This document shows, in pieces, positions 1 to 13,000 of a stretch of DNA of 64,000 nt. A program made the translations under genes and the position numbers. Positions within the stretch are counted from its first letter, which is position 1; each line of letters starts with the position of its first letter. Origin of the DNA: Ramazzottius varieornatus (taxonomy: Eukaryota; Animalia; Tardigrada). Location: positions 2,319,620 through 2,383,619 of the forward strand of contig BDGG01000004.1 of the NCBI GenBank assembly GCA_001949185.1. The letters run 5' to 3'. The notes beneath the pieces are model-generated. The model had not been told where the DNA came from, ran no database searches, and saw nothing but the letters and a program-made list of their open reading frames with translations.

Positions 1-846
1 TAGACTGTCTGTGGAATGCGGATCAGTCAGGCTTTAAATATGAGATGAGACCAGGAAGAACTTTGGGAACTGCTGGAGTAAAACGCGTGGAAGCGATCAC
101 CCAGTCAGAGAATTCCATGACCCATAGCTACACTGTGATGATGGCGGTCTCCCTGAGCAGGCCTAAGTTTCTTCCTGTTCTTTTCCTAATGCTGAGAGAA
201 GAGAAAGGAGTGTTTGGTCCAATCGTGTCGAGAACGATGTTCAAGGCTGATAATGTGTATGTCACTGCTTCGACATCTGGGAAGATGACCAAGAAGCTCT
301 ACTTAGATTGGTCAGAAAAAGTTCTTTTCCCTCATATGGAAGAGCGGTGCATTTTCTTGGCCGACTCGTGGAAGACCTTCACCGATCAAGATTCTGTGAT
401 GGAAATGAAACCTGGAAGAGCTGGAGTACGAAATGCTGACCATCCCTCCGAACGTTACCGGTCAAATTCAACCGCTGGATGTGTTATGCTTTAGGATGTA
501 CAAAGGCTGCTTCAAGAAGATATCCGACTTTGTCTTTTTGCACGATTTACCAGTTCAAGTGCATCGTCGCGATGTGATTTTGAGATTGCACTCTTTGCTG
601 TATCAACAGTTTCAGTCGCCCAGGTTCGAAAATTCGATAGCTGAAGCTTGGCATAAGTCGGGATATACCGACGAACGTTTCATGTATGTTAATCTAGCCA
701 AGTTTATGTTTGATAAGCTGAAAGGCAGTTGTCTTCACGAGAACTGCAGAGACATTGTTCTTTTAGTTTGCGGGTGGTGCAAGGCCCGTCTTTGCTTCCA
801 TCACTTTTTTGACGCTCATTATTTCTGTACTATCTATTTGCCGTAA
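1..846 (+). mobile_element. Tc1/mariner-superfamily (pogo/Tc5-like, DDE_1) transposase, 5'-truncated by the window edge, one frameshift
   Basis: Catalytic-type motifs WNADQSGF, FLADSW and IPPNVTGQIQPLDV. ORFs 45-494 and 433-846 join if one base is removed near 414 (cctggaagag). C-terminal Cys/His cluster. No introns. Confidence 0.85.
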
Positions 847-1090
847 CAAGTTTGTTTACTGATGGGTTTCAGGGTTTGTTTCTTAGGTCTAACGTGGACG
901 TACAAGACATCACGTTTCTTCGTTATTGGCATAAATTTCTGACGTCACTCCCGAGTCCCTGTAGTTTGTTCCAGGATCGACGCGGGATTTAGCTCACTGG
1001 CTCAGATCCTAGAAGAGACTCTCCTCTCTCGTTCCGCCAGGACAGTTTGACCAAAAAGAGGTGGGGACAGGCATAATCCCCTCGTCAATA

Positions 1091-1305
1091 TGAGCAGTGA
1101 GCAGAGTGGGTCAGTAAGGCGTGGCCAGCTGACGTCATATGGAGCGCGTCATGGAACTAAGGAATATCCGCAGACGACCAGTCAACGCACAGAATCTCTA
1201 GCTTTGACAATTTTTATTGGCCGATTGAAGGCAGTTTTGATTTCGTTCCCGCTCCATACATCTCAAACTAGCCCCGCCTTACTGATCTACTCTGCCCACT
1301 GCTCA
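1091..1305. mobile_element. MITE-like element, imperfect ~60-bp terminal inverted repeats, TA-flanked (family A, copy 1)
   Basis: tgagcagtgagcagagtgggtcagtaaggcgtggcc... pairs with ...gccccgccttactgatctactctgcccactgctca. TA at 1089-1090 and 1306-1307. Confidence 0.7.
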
Positions 1306-1679
1306 TATACTGTAGTGCTACCAAATTATCGCGCACTCAACCACGTGACGAGTAATTTGCCCAGTACGATCAGATGAATCATTGTAGCCTCACCGACTCT
1401 CACCGGGGCAACCTTTTGCTGTTCACTGGTTGAGTGCGCGATAATTTGGTAGCACCACAGCAGTAGATCCAAAGTCGAGATTTGCGAAAGAGTGATCCGC
1501 ACGAAGGAAACAAACGACAGCAAAGACGATATGATTAAATTTTCAGTCAAGGCGCTGCGAGTCGGGTAGCGCTCTTCGTTTTTCGTGTGGAAAACAGAAC
1601 ATTAATGTTAGACTTTGCTATGCGTGTGACACTCGAAGACAATGGTATTTAAACTTAACAGGGCTGAAGCAACATACCT

Positions 1680-2140
1680 TCAGCCCTGGAGAACACGTTT
1701 GGCCGCGGCTTGCAGTTCCTTCAGTCCCAGTTTATCGGCAAAGAACAGGAAAGTTCCAGCCTGGCTTTTGTCCCTAGCGCAACCTGCCATGCCTTTATCG
1801 CAGATCTTTTTCAAGTCTTCCACCTGGTACTCGTCGGCTGCCGTCAGCAGCTCCAGATCCGTCCTCCCAGATAATGCCCGTTTTGAAGCCGCTGGAAAAG
1901 ACATTGCGCAGTTACTTACTTTACACAGCCAATACTGTTTCAGAAAGGAACACATTTTAAGACTGCAAACCAGAACCAAGAATCGCAGTGACTTCGCATG
2001 GATGTCGTCGGTAACAGTTCTTGTTAGCAGACCGTTCCTACCTTCTTCAAGGCTTCTTGCGATGTTCATCTCTCAGATCGAGTGCAGAACTTCGGTGAGA
2101 GTTGGACGAAACAAGAACAAGCGTTGACCGTTCGGAACAA
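1680..2140 (-). pseudogene. Degenerate SPOP-like BTB/BACK gene fragment
   Basis: ELLTAADEYQVEDLKKIC and FLFFADKLGLKELQAAA resemble the BTB/BACK junction of SPOP-type proteins. The upstream BTB part (SPKF) lies in another frame. Confidence 0.5.
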
Positions 2141-2620
2141 AGAACAAAAATAAACGTTGAAGCCGCAAGGGCAAAAGCGAGCACGGCGGTCTGGCACGCT
2201 AAAGGCCGAAAGAGAACAGGCTGGACAACAAGGCTTACATGACGTCAGCGTCCCAGCTTGTGCTGGAATGTGGAATTCCTGCTGGCGCGCCTTGCTATAC
2301 CGGCGTCTGGCGCCAGATAAGCCCTCTCGTCTTCGTGCTAAGTTCAATCGGATCGCACGAGGAAGTATGCATCACTAGATTATAATTTTCTGCTGGTCTT
2401 CCAAATCAGCTTTATGGACAACGAAGCGTACTTTTGTCCAACAAACCACGAAGAGCAACCACATGACTAAGCGGCATAGTGCGCAAGAAACCGTTTCACT
2501 ACCGTGACTACCCGTTTAGCACCTTACTCCACTAACCGGAACGGTTTCCAGAAAATCTTCTTAATGACAAACTAGCAGGCAGAGGAGGAATCTAGCATCG
2601 CTGTATATTCCACGGCGAGA

Positions 2621-3763
2621 TCACCTCGATTGCACGTGTGGCCTACTTTCGCGGTTGAAAACATATGGATACGAGAGAAACACCGGGAAGTGTAACAGAA
2701 GAGATTCCGCCGGTCCTGAAACACACCAAACCATATGAATTGTAACCACGAAGGTACGCCCGTATACTTAGAGGTCTGTTTTATTCCATTTTACTGGCTT
2801 ACCCGACAGAGCAGACGAAGCATGCGTCCAGTTCGTCAGAAACTTAACGCAGGCGTCCAAGCTCAAGTTCGGGTCGAAACCCCGAAGCAACGCAGCATCT
2901 CGAATTTGTTGTTCAGTGAGATCCCCTTTGCCCTTTCGTAGCTTCTCGTCCAATGCGTGATCCATCAGGACCAGATGATGAGGGAACTTTTGAATCTTCC
3001 TTGTGGACATGCCGTTCAGACGCGCTAGGTCGTTCAAATACTCAGAAGATAGAGAAAAGAAAGAAAAGGGATGCTGCGCGAAGATGGGCCGTAGACTCAG
3101 TATTTGCTCTTCAGGAACCATGTGGCTCTTCTTCATCCGATGTAAGACATCTTGCAAGAGGTATCGGTCGTCGGACGTCTGGCTTCGAGGTATGTTCTGC
3201 TCGAAATGTGCGATCACACTAGGTACGGCTTCGAACCTCTTCGTGATCTCTTCCGCGTCGAACCGCTGTCGCTGTCCCGAAGTCCAGAAGCTCCTCGTGA
3301 ACAACTGCTTGGGGAAATAGTATCTACAAGCAACGTACATAAGTAAACAATATGTTCTGCGATTACGCGTTGCTTACTTACATCACAGGGACGAGTGCCA
3401 CTGTCGAGAAAGGTAACATAAGAAACAGAAGAACCGGCGTCAGCTTCAGGAGATCACTAGGATAGGTCCACCGTAATGTTAGTTCTCTGTACGATAAGGG
3501 CTTTTCTTGCATGTTCCGACCAGCCGCTATTACGTAGTCCTTCCCATCCACCATTGTCGTTTTGGATCCTAGAGTACAACAAAGACGCCACATCGCCGAG
3601 CTTACTGCCAATGTTAAAGAAACACGACTTATCTGAGAGTGCGCTTACCATGGAGCACAGCATTTTGCAGCTCATAGACGGTGGGATAATTCTTCTGCAG
3701 GTAAGAGTTATATGCTGCTATTCCACGCTGAAACGGCGCGTAAAGACCGCGAAGACTCTGCAT
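2621..3763 (-). CDS. LETMD1: LETM1 domain-containing protein 1 (spliced)
   Basis: Exons encode YLQKNYPTVYEL, LSYREL...DLLKLTPVLLFLMLPF, YYFPKQLFTRSFW, MDHAL...LTEQQIRDAALLRG and SLLLHFPVFL. Stop TGA at 2621-2623. Start uncertain. Confidence 0.85.
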
Positions 3764-4612
3764 TTTGGATCACGGACGAGTGGGACGATCCAAACTCCAG
3801 TTGCATTCAGCGCGACAGTTACCTCGGACGTCCAGCGACAACAGTAGATTCATACACAAGTGTATGATACGCTTGCTAGCACTCATAACGCCAACCGGAA
3901 CACATGTCGAATATCAAAGTTTCAAACCGGATGTTCCACGTCGACGAGGCGGTAGTTAGATTCATTCAGCAGGGAGAGAAAAGATCTGAAACAACAGGAA
4001 GACTCAGAACTAGGGGAAACATGATTCAAAGTTTCAAACATCTCAAGTTTCACCATTCCGCTTCCGGCGGTGCTGACAATCAAGCAACTTTAATCAACCG
4101 ACTTTGCAATTCGCAAAGCCTGTTTTGTTTTTTCCTTTTGAACTTTTAGAGACTGGAAAAAGTTTTTACAGCGGTAAAATTTTTAAAACGCGTCGCTGGT
4201 TTTCTCTGCGCCGTACGAATATCGTACAAGTGCAACTGACTACTGTGCCAGAGCTACGCAGCTCGCAGGACTCGGTGCGTGCCACGTGTCATTGCGATGA
4301 TTTTTACGATAACCACCTGGCTCGCATACAGTACATACTGCATAGACTCAAGTCCTACTGCTACTCGTTCGTGCTCCGTAACGCGATTCCTACAGCGTTT
4401 CTGCACGAGACTGCTGGGCATGCACTGCGCAGCATGATCAGCTGATCGACGTCCTGTTGTCTTTTGACTTGCTCAAGTAATCAAGCGCGTGTCTGATCAT
4501 CTGATCGGTCTCATGCGAACAACATGGCGAGCAAATCCGTGCATACATGAACCGTCCGGACTCCGGAACTGATTTCGGGCGTTTGAACTATCACATCTCA
4601 TAGGTAGGAATG

Positions 4613-4797
4613 TATACAGATTGCGAGCAAAAGCGCACAAGCACAATTCGATACGCACGGAAACATCGTGACAGCACAGGTACAAGTTCATCTTGTAGGC
4701 CTTGTGTTAAAAGAATCGCACAGTGTTTACAGATGATGTCACGATGTTTGCGTGCGTATCGAACTGTGCCAGTGCGCTTTCGCTCGCAATCTCTATA
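4613..4797. mobile_element. MITE-like inverted repeat (~59-bp arms)
   Basis: 4615-4673 matches the reverse complement of 4737-4795 at about 53/59 positions; TA dinucleotides at both ends. Confidence 0.65.
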
Positions 4798-5043
4798 GTG
4801 CCCGAAAACGTCACTTGGGTTGATTGACAATCAACTCCTATTAAAACTTTTTCCAGACTCTAACTTTGATTTTCAGATCAGCTTAGTTCGGAAATCGCAA
4901 GCCGGAAGTTTCGAGTTTGGATATTCGGACCTCTTCGGCTAAGTCTTTCCGTCTCCCTTGGGATGTCAATGTGCGAAGTTAGTTTGGGGGTTTGAAGGTT
5001 AGCCTGGAACTTGTGCAGGGAGTAACTGCATCGCGGCCGGAAG

Positions 5044-5934
5044 ATGAGTCTGACGTTGCGGAAGGCTCTCACCACACAGCTACCTCGGTTGATCTCCCTC
5101 AATGCTACCAATGGTAATTCTGGAGGACTCTTTTCGATACTTTACGTGCCATCGCGGACAAACTTCACTCCGCCGCGCAAGTCTCCGAACCTTAGGAGAG
5201 GAAATTCAAGGGTTTTGTATCAAGACATCCCTCGTATCCCTGGCGTTACGTGCGCCATCGACAGTAATTTGAGCATTCAGCCTGAGGAAAACACGAAATC
5301 TCTTTCAAATGGGGTGATCACCGAGTTTGTCAATAGAAATCCTAGGAACCTGGAGATGATGAATCTTGCACGGAAGCGATCAGGTTGGGGGCTAGAAGCA
5401 GACCGCAAGGATTATCATTACAAGTATGTCAACTACCGGTTGATCATATTATATGCACCATAACCTTATTCGTTCATTTTTCTGTAGGATCAGTTTTCAG
5501 AAGAACGCTAAACATACTACGGGAAACGTTGTTCACAGCAGCGGACGAACTGTGGTGTCCGCTTCCACTTCGGAGTACGGCATCTCGAAGTTTCTATACA
5601 GGAACACAGATTTAAGTGCAGCGGAAAACATTGGAAGAGTATTAGCGCGACGTATGTTGGAAACTGGTATAGTTTCTGCTTATTGCGACTTCACGAAAGA
5701 AGAGAGGGAAGGAACCCGGGTACGCTTTTTACATACAGACGTACAGTATAACTTAAACAGACTGTGTCTTCACATGGAATAGTGGAAATCGAAACGTTCC
5801 ATAAAACCAGTGTTTTCTTACAGGTGTCGATCTTCCTGAAAGGTCTGAGTGATTCAGGCATACAGCTGGAGGAGAAACGCCCGATTGTAGCGAACAATCC
5901 GTTTGCTAGCACCAGAGAAGAAAGGATACACTAA
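5044..5934 (+). CDS. MRPL18: Mitochondrial ribosomal protein L18 (uL18m), 3 exons
   Basis: FVNRNPRNLEMMNLARKRSGW, VVSASTSEYGISKFLYRNTDLSAAENIGRVLARRMLETGI, FLKGLSDSGIQLEE. Stop TAA at 5932-5934. Confidence 0.93.
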
Positions 5935-5968
5935 CATCAGAAACACGGAGTGTTCGAAATTATTTTCG

Positions 5969-8713
5969 TTAGAGTTTTGGAGGAACGATGTGGTCGTTTG
6001 AAAGACTGTGCTGCTTGAAGTAAGCTCCTCCGTGCTCCAGATAATCTTTCCGGCTTAAGAATCCTTCTTGGAGTGATGTTTTGCGTGCCCAGTGGGCGGC
6101 GCCCGACCACGCGTCAAAGCTTGGGTTTGCTATAAAAGACAAAAACAGAAAACTGATTTGTAAAATCTGTCGTCATTATCTGCTTCCGGCTGGCTGAGAC
6201 TTCGGACGGCGAGAGCTTTGACCGCTAATGACATACCAGCAACGGATAAGCGGAAGGAACTTTCGAAAGGAAGACAGCTGCCCAGTTCTTCCCGTATCCT
6301 GTCATCTATGCCAGGTAGATTAGCAGGTCCACCAGTTACGACTACGTTCATCGCAAGCTTCTTTTGGATGTCTTCGGGATACTCGCGCAGCATATACTCT
6401 ATGGTCTCTATCACACCCATCTGATCTATGCCGACCAGCGAGGGCTGGAATACTATTTCTGGAACCCTGTAGTATAAGAACAGCACCACTTTAATGTATA
6501 AAGGTTTCGACACTACCGAGTACCGCAGGTGATAACAAAACTTGGATGCCTTAAGAGAATATGATTATTATTTCTTACCGAAATCGTTCGACACCGACTT
6601 CTAGTCTGTAGTATTCAGGAGACTTTGGCAGGGAACCCGAGAGTAACGCTTGGGACTTCTCGAACTCCTGACGGAAGACCGGGTCGTACTTCAACAGCAA
6701 TCCATCTATCTCGTCAAGTTGAATCTTCTCGTCTTCGGAATCAGACTCGCCGGCTTCCCTGTTCTGCAAAACAGTACTACTCCATGTACAACAGTACGTA
6801 AGATGTATTACTCCTTCAGTTATCCGCGGATTGAAAAGCATCAACACGATGAGACTTACGATTTCCCTGTAGACTAGCCAGTCTTCATCATTCATGCCGA
6901 AAGTGTCTTCCTTGCTGACTTTCTTGCCTGTTTTACCGCTCGCGAGCTGAGTTAAGATCTTCATGCGCTGTTGAGAAGCATAGCTCCTCCTTTTTCCAAG
7001 ATCGCTTTTCCGTTGCTTTCTCACGGCTCTTTGTTCTTGCAACCTTTGTCGCTGATCTTTGAGGGTCGTCACCCAGCTCTTCACTACATTAGGATCCAAG
7101 GCTTCCGCTGTGCTCTCTTTTGGTACTTCAATGGCTTTCCTTTCCAGTCGTTCTTTGGTTCGGCTGATGGTGGACGTCAAGGCTTGTATTTCGTTCTGCA
7201 ACGCATCAACAGAGCGCACATTAAGAGCCTTCATTTCGTCTTTCGTTGCTTTTTGGCCTTTGGCGTCGACCGTTTCCCTCAAAGCCGTCAGCTTTTCCAG
7301 TCTTTCTTCATCCTGTTTTAGCTTTTCCAAGTATCGCTTCCGGTTCATGTCCCGAAGCCGCTGGGCGTTTTCTTCTCTGCGTGCTTCTATCTCTTCTGGT
7401 GTTGCCGTCGGTCCGGACGGCTACAAAACCCATGTCAAGTTGCCCCCATATATGCTACAGTATATGCTACAGTATATGATACACTCAGCTTCTAATCATG
7501 AGCTAAACATACCGCTTGAAACGGAAGTTGGAAAAATATCGCGGTGTTTTTGTAATGGCTTCTGTTCCGCCATGTTGCAAGCTCCTGTGTGAAGTTCTTC
7601 GCGTAGTAGCAGTATCCGTGGACAATTTCCTGTAAGAAAAACCAGCAACCGTTCACTGAAACTGTCGTACATGACTAATCAGATGAAGACCTGGAGTTAT
7701 TCAAGCCGACAACTACCTCCATCCTTGTGATGGTAATGTTCGGAGCATGGACAGGGTACTTCAGCTGGAGCAACCGTTGAAGGTAGAGAGTCATATTCAA
7801 TCCTCCGAGATCGATACGGCGAGAATGAGCAAGATCCATTTTGCCGTTCAGGACGGGAATAATATGTGTGCTGACATTTCCCAAGGAAATGATAAGGCCG
7901 TCGGGACAACCTGAAAATATAAGGCGTTGAAAATATTCCCGCAGCGCTCTAAGGAAACCCATCATGAATACTTTTATCCATGAGTTTGTAGTACGCAAAC
8001 ATGCCGTCAACTCCGTACGCAACATGCGGAAATGCGTAGCATTCAAACAGCATTTCGTTCATCTCTGCAACCATAGAGAATTACACGATTGGTTCTCGAG
8101 TACTGGACTCAAGGAGCAGATTTACGTCTTTCAAGTACGCACGTTTGCGAGAGAATGCAACGTTAAGAAGCGGTTCCGTGACGACCACCGGCATATTCAA
8201 GCTGGTCTCGTCAGCCAAGCCCATGTTAGCAAGCGCGTAGTCGAAAAGGACTTCCTGATAGCCATACTGCACCACAACATTAGCGTCGAACGGCGATCGA
8301 AGCATCCACCGCACAGTTTCTATCTGCCCGAGATCATTTCCGATAAGAATCGGCTCTCTGTCCTGTGACGAATAATGGCACTTTCATTAGAGTACAAGTA
8401 AAAGATCATAACGGTTCCAGTGTAAGATCGTAGTACCCCTTTGCGTCCTTTCTGCTTCGCTAGTAGGCTGTAAAAACTGTGGCTGGGTTGAGAATTCACA
8501 GACCATCCGACGCGACAGTGCCATGAGCCTGCAAGCAAGCCGAGACACGTCGGTAAACGTCCAAGAATGGCAATTTTGGATGGTAGTTTTACCGTTGTCT
8601 ATAACGAGACACGGATTCTGGCTTCTCGATTGTTCCGTGAATGGTACAATCCGTAAAGGAATCAGCGTCTCGTCCCGAAACTCTATGATGCTGTCCCTTC
8701 TACCGTCTGCCAT
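5969..8713 (-). CDS. ACTR5: Actin-related protein 5 (INO80 complex), spliced
   Basis: LVIDNG/SWHCRVGW, RWMLRSPFD, VVVTEPLLN, RRIDLGG...LQRLLQLKYP, RRSYASQQRMK, EDTFGMNDEDW, PEIVFQPSLVG, NPSFDAWSGA, DYLEHG. Stop at 5969-5971. Confidence 0.93.
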
Positions 8714-10092
8714 ATCAACTGCTGAAGTGTGATCCTGCAACACGTGCAATCGAACAATCATCAGATCGACTGTAATTAGTGAAGTCCGGCCACTGTCCAG
8801 CATGCGATACTATCCAATTGTATAGGCCGGAAAGACGGAGACATCGATGCAAATTACGTTCTATCGTTCGGCCAGCTTCTTCCTAACGGTAGACCTACTC
8901 GTAAGCTTCATCCTCAGCGACGTGCTCCCATTCTTATAAAAGCGAGGTCTCAGAACGTTGAAGTGAAAGGAAAAGTATAAAATCGAACAAAATGCGAGAA
9001 GGAACTACCTTTTCTGCACCAAAGGTCAAAAGTAATTAGCGGGATTGCGTTTTTGTAAAAGTTCAGAGCGCCATTGGGGCTGCCTGCCAAAAAGTTGTAC
9101 GGAGTTCAAGAATCAAAGCATGACATAAATGGTACAGTACATTCGTCCACTTCACTTCCTCCCAAACAGAATCGTCGTGGAGGTGTAAGGTCAGCTTGGT
9201 CAGGGTGAAAGCCCACGGGCAGTTTTTCTTTCATGCTGGGGTCATTCGGATTAAGTTGGTTTTGCAATACAGTATTGTAATCGCTTAACTTACCTGTTTT
9301 GGAAAAGTGTATTGTTCCCGAAGCTGATTCCCGGATATGTGAACGATAGCGACACGAGGGGACACCAAATTTTCGGAGGAAGAACGGAAGGTTGTAAATC
9401 TTGGGAGCGGTGGGTCAGACACTTGGATCCTTGTGTGGGACGGTTTGCCAACTTCATCATTGTTCTTCGGTTGTCACGCTTATCTCCTTCGTTCGCTTGT
9501 GTGCACTGCCCAGTGGTTATCTGCCTGTGTCGTAACTCTCGTCTGCAGACTTCGGTGACCATGAACGATAAGCCTGACCGTGAATGAAAACCTCCTTACA
9601 TGTAGAACACCACTACCTTCACGTATATGTGTATATACAGTGCCCTATTTCATATGAGCTGATCTCCAAGTTGTCTGTCTGGCGGGATAAGATCTCCATC
9701 GCTTGCGTTCTGAAAGCTTCGTAACCTGGCGTGACTGGGTTAGAGTCGTGTTGAAGGCAGAGTTTGTTCATCGTGGATGAGCATATGGTGCTTACGTCGA
9801 TTTGAACTCGCATCAGTAATGTTTTACTGTGTTACTGATTACTAATTGGATGTTGTTTCAGAGCATGGATGTCTGATCTTCGTGGCTGCAGCACGCAAGT
9901 CTCTCGGTCAATGAAATGACGAAAGTGTCGAAGAACATGCGATAAGGTGACGAACTATATCGATTGATGAAGTCTTACATATAATTATGTCGAAATACGC
10001 AAAAGTTGAAGTTGTCGCACTCCGTTGATTTAGGGTCGCGCTTGATTGAGCTGACCGGATAGTTTGACTTAAAGTTCCAAACAGAGGAGAGA

Positions 10093-13000
10093 ATGGAGGG
10101 ATCACGGTTGACTCTAGAGCACCGTATTGTACCGTTCCAAGAATGGAAGACCAACTCTCCACCAACGTTACTCGAAAGCGCCTGCATCTCTTTCCTCAAG
10201 AATCTTCAGCACTTCTGCGAAGCTCGAAACGGGATACTGTACATGAAGCCCGAAGTGCAGATTCCCATCGGCACCAGCGACATCCTTCTCGAGAAGTACT
10301 CGCAGATGCGCCACCTGGTCGACCTCTCGCGTTTCAGTGACATTAAGCGCAACGCAGAAGCCGAAGATGACGTTTTCATTACCATCTTCTTCAACCCTCT
10401 CCCTGACACCAAACAAACCCGATTGAAACGAGCTCGGCTGGAAGATCTGAAGTTGACAGCCGACGTGGTGGCTTCCCTTATTCAACACCATCCCGACCTG
10501 GAAGAGCTGAATGTGAACGTCAGTGATCCGCACGGCGTGGTGGTCGAAGCCATATCTAGTTTGAGGTCGCGGTTGACGAAGCTGAATTTCTACAACTTTC
10601 AAAACATCTTCGGGGAAGAGATGGCGCGGTACTTCCGCACGGATGATTCGGGTGTGATTTCGCATTATAAAACCAGACAATATGTGATTGACACACCGAA
10701 ACTGCTATCGCTGGGCGTCAAGAGAAAGACGGCGCATACTTCGGGGTTGTTCAGCACGCTGATTAAGCCCATGACGCAGCTGCAACATTTGGACTTGTCA
10801 CAGAGTGTTGTCGATAACTTTTCTTTCCTTATTGGTTCCCTGCAGAAAACGCTCTCCTCCCTGTGTCTTTATGGAGTCAAGATCACCAACGCCGATTTTC
10901 AGACTGTCGCGACGCTGAAAAGGCTGAAGTAATTAACGTGATAATAAAATGAAGTTCAAACTAAAATACTGCAGAATCAAAAACGGAAGATTCGAGTAGA
11001 AACTGCTAATGACATTGGCCATTTTGATTGCAGGTTTTTGGACGTTTCGCAAACGGAGATTGTGACAGACCACAGTCCTTCATGTCTCCGCCTTCTGAGC
11101 GACAGTCTTCCGGAGCTGGAGTACCTCGATATATCCTATACCTGTCTATGTGATCCTATTACAGGAGCGAACTTGTAAGTGTCGTTCGTCGTTCCGGTTG
11201 TATTGGATTTCTAGCTGAGAATTCGATGGTTTTCGTAGGTCTGATCCTAAGATGCAAGGGATTGTGCCCAGTTCCATCGAAGGTCTACGCGGAAGGCAGC
11301 GCCCTTTGCAGTTCCTGGGGCTGTTCCAGTGTCGTAATGGTGCTTGTCAGTGGAGTTCTATCCCTGCTCTTCGGGTACGACGTTTCACCCTCGTTATTCA
11401 GAGTGCCTTTGAGAAGAGCTTTGAGTTGCTTTGCAGGTTTCCGGTGACGCGAACGAGACCCAGATCATCACTAGTCTAGAGATCTACATGTTCCGAGCAA
11501 GGTACCTCCACAAAGCCCTGAATGACGCCTATAGGCTTCTGAGATACGAGAACTGCGGCAACCCTCACCTGATTCTCAAGGTGAGCTATACAAACCGCCA
11601 TGTAATCTGACTTTGGAATGAGCGTGGGTTTGCATTCTCACTCGAATCTTGTTCTACGCAGCTAATACTGGACGCCATGTTCATGTATCCCAAATCCATG
11701 CGAATACAGATCGCCGGAAGTGCAGCTCTGTTCTACGTCGTACGTCACTCTGGATCCTCTGTCCTTTGACTTTTCACTGTGTGGTAACAGCTTTTGATTC
11801 CATCTTACTGCTTTTTTCTGTGTAGGTCCGAAACGACGGGCAGTCGAAGATCGGAAAGATGGACCCGTACATGAGAAGGCTCGTAATACGAGCAATCGTA
11901 ACGGCCATGGGAAACAATCTGAACGAGCAAACTGTAAGCGCACAGACCGTTGCTGGCTACGGTTTGGTCACAGTTTTTCTCCCTTGCAGATGTTGCGGAA
12001 CGGGTGTCTGACTCTCTGTCAGTTCCACATCCCGAACGAAGTGATGTTCATCTACAAGGACGTGGTGACGGTCTTGTTGAAGATGCTTCGGCTGGCCGCT
12101 CTGGACGAGTTCCTTCTTCGGATAGGCGTATTGCTACTGAATAGCTTGGCGTGTCAGGTCGAGAACGAGCATAAGATGATGGTGGGAGAGATGAAAGCGG
12201 TGGAGACCATGATCGACATAATCGGTAAGGATCGTATCTTTCGGGGGTGATGGCTTTGATATTACGGTGTATCAGTTTGTATTTTGAAATCGTGCTATCT
12301 TTTGCAGAGGCTCGCTTACGTGATACAAACTGTGATGAAGTGATGGAAGTTTCCTGGAGTATGATGTGGAACGTCACGGATGAAACACCCAGAAACTGCG
12401 AGGTTTGTCAGAGCGCTGTCGCTTTCGTTAGTTTGTAGCTTTACATTATTCTTTCGCTCTTCAGCGCTTTCTGGACAGGAACGGGATGAATTTGTTCCAG
12501 CGATGCCTCACGGTAAGTCCGAAAACATTTGTAGTCTGCACGTATCTATCCTGTATGTATGAGATTCTTGTAATTTTGTCGTAGACCTTCCCAGACAAGG
12601 GAGAACTTTTGCGCAACATGATGGGTCTCCTCGGCAATGTAGCCGAAGTTCAGGCTCTCCGGTGCAAACTGATGGTGGCGCAGTATATCAAAGTGTTCAG
12701 GTATGTACCGAAATTTTGATAGTAGCGATCCTCACGTTGTGCGATCAGCATGGATTCCTTTCCTGCAGTAATCTTCTGGACAGTACCAGTGACGGAATAG
12801 AAGTCAGCTACAACGCTTGCGGTGGTAAGAAATTACGATAGAACCAAGTTCTGTTTTTCAGTCTCACTTTAACCCCATTGCTTCGCCATTGTCCTTGTCC
12901 TTGTTCGAGACAAGATCGTGATCTTTCTGTGTGGCTTTGCAGTTCTGGCACACATCTGCGCAGATGGTCCCGACACGTGGACTGTTGAATCTCCTAGCTG

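Noticed and set aside
7447-7482. 12-bp tandem repeat (atatgctacagt) in an ACTR5 intron
   Set aside because: Simple slippage duplication with no functional indication.
9700-9760. tRNA/SINE-like segment (cttcgtaacctggcgtgactgggttagagtc)
   Set aside because: B box is imperfect and no full cloverleaf can be drawn.
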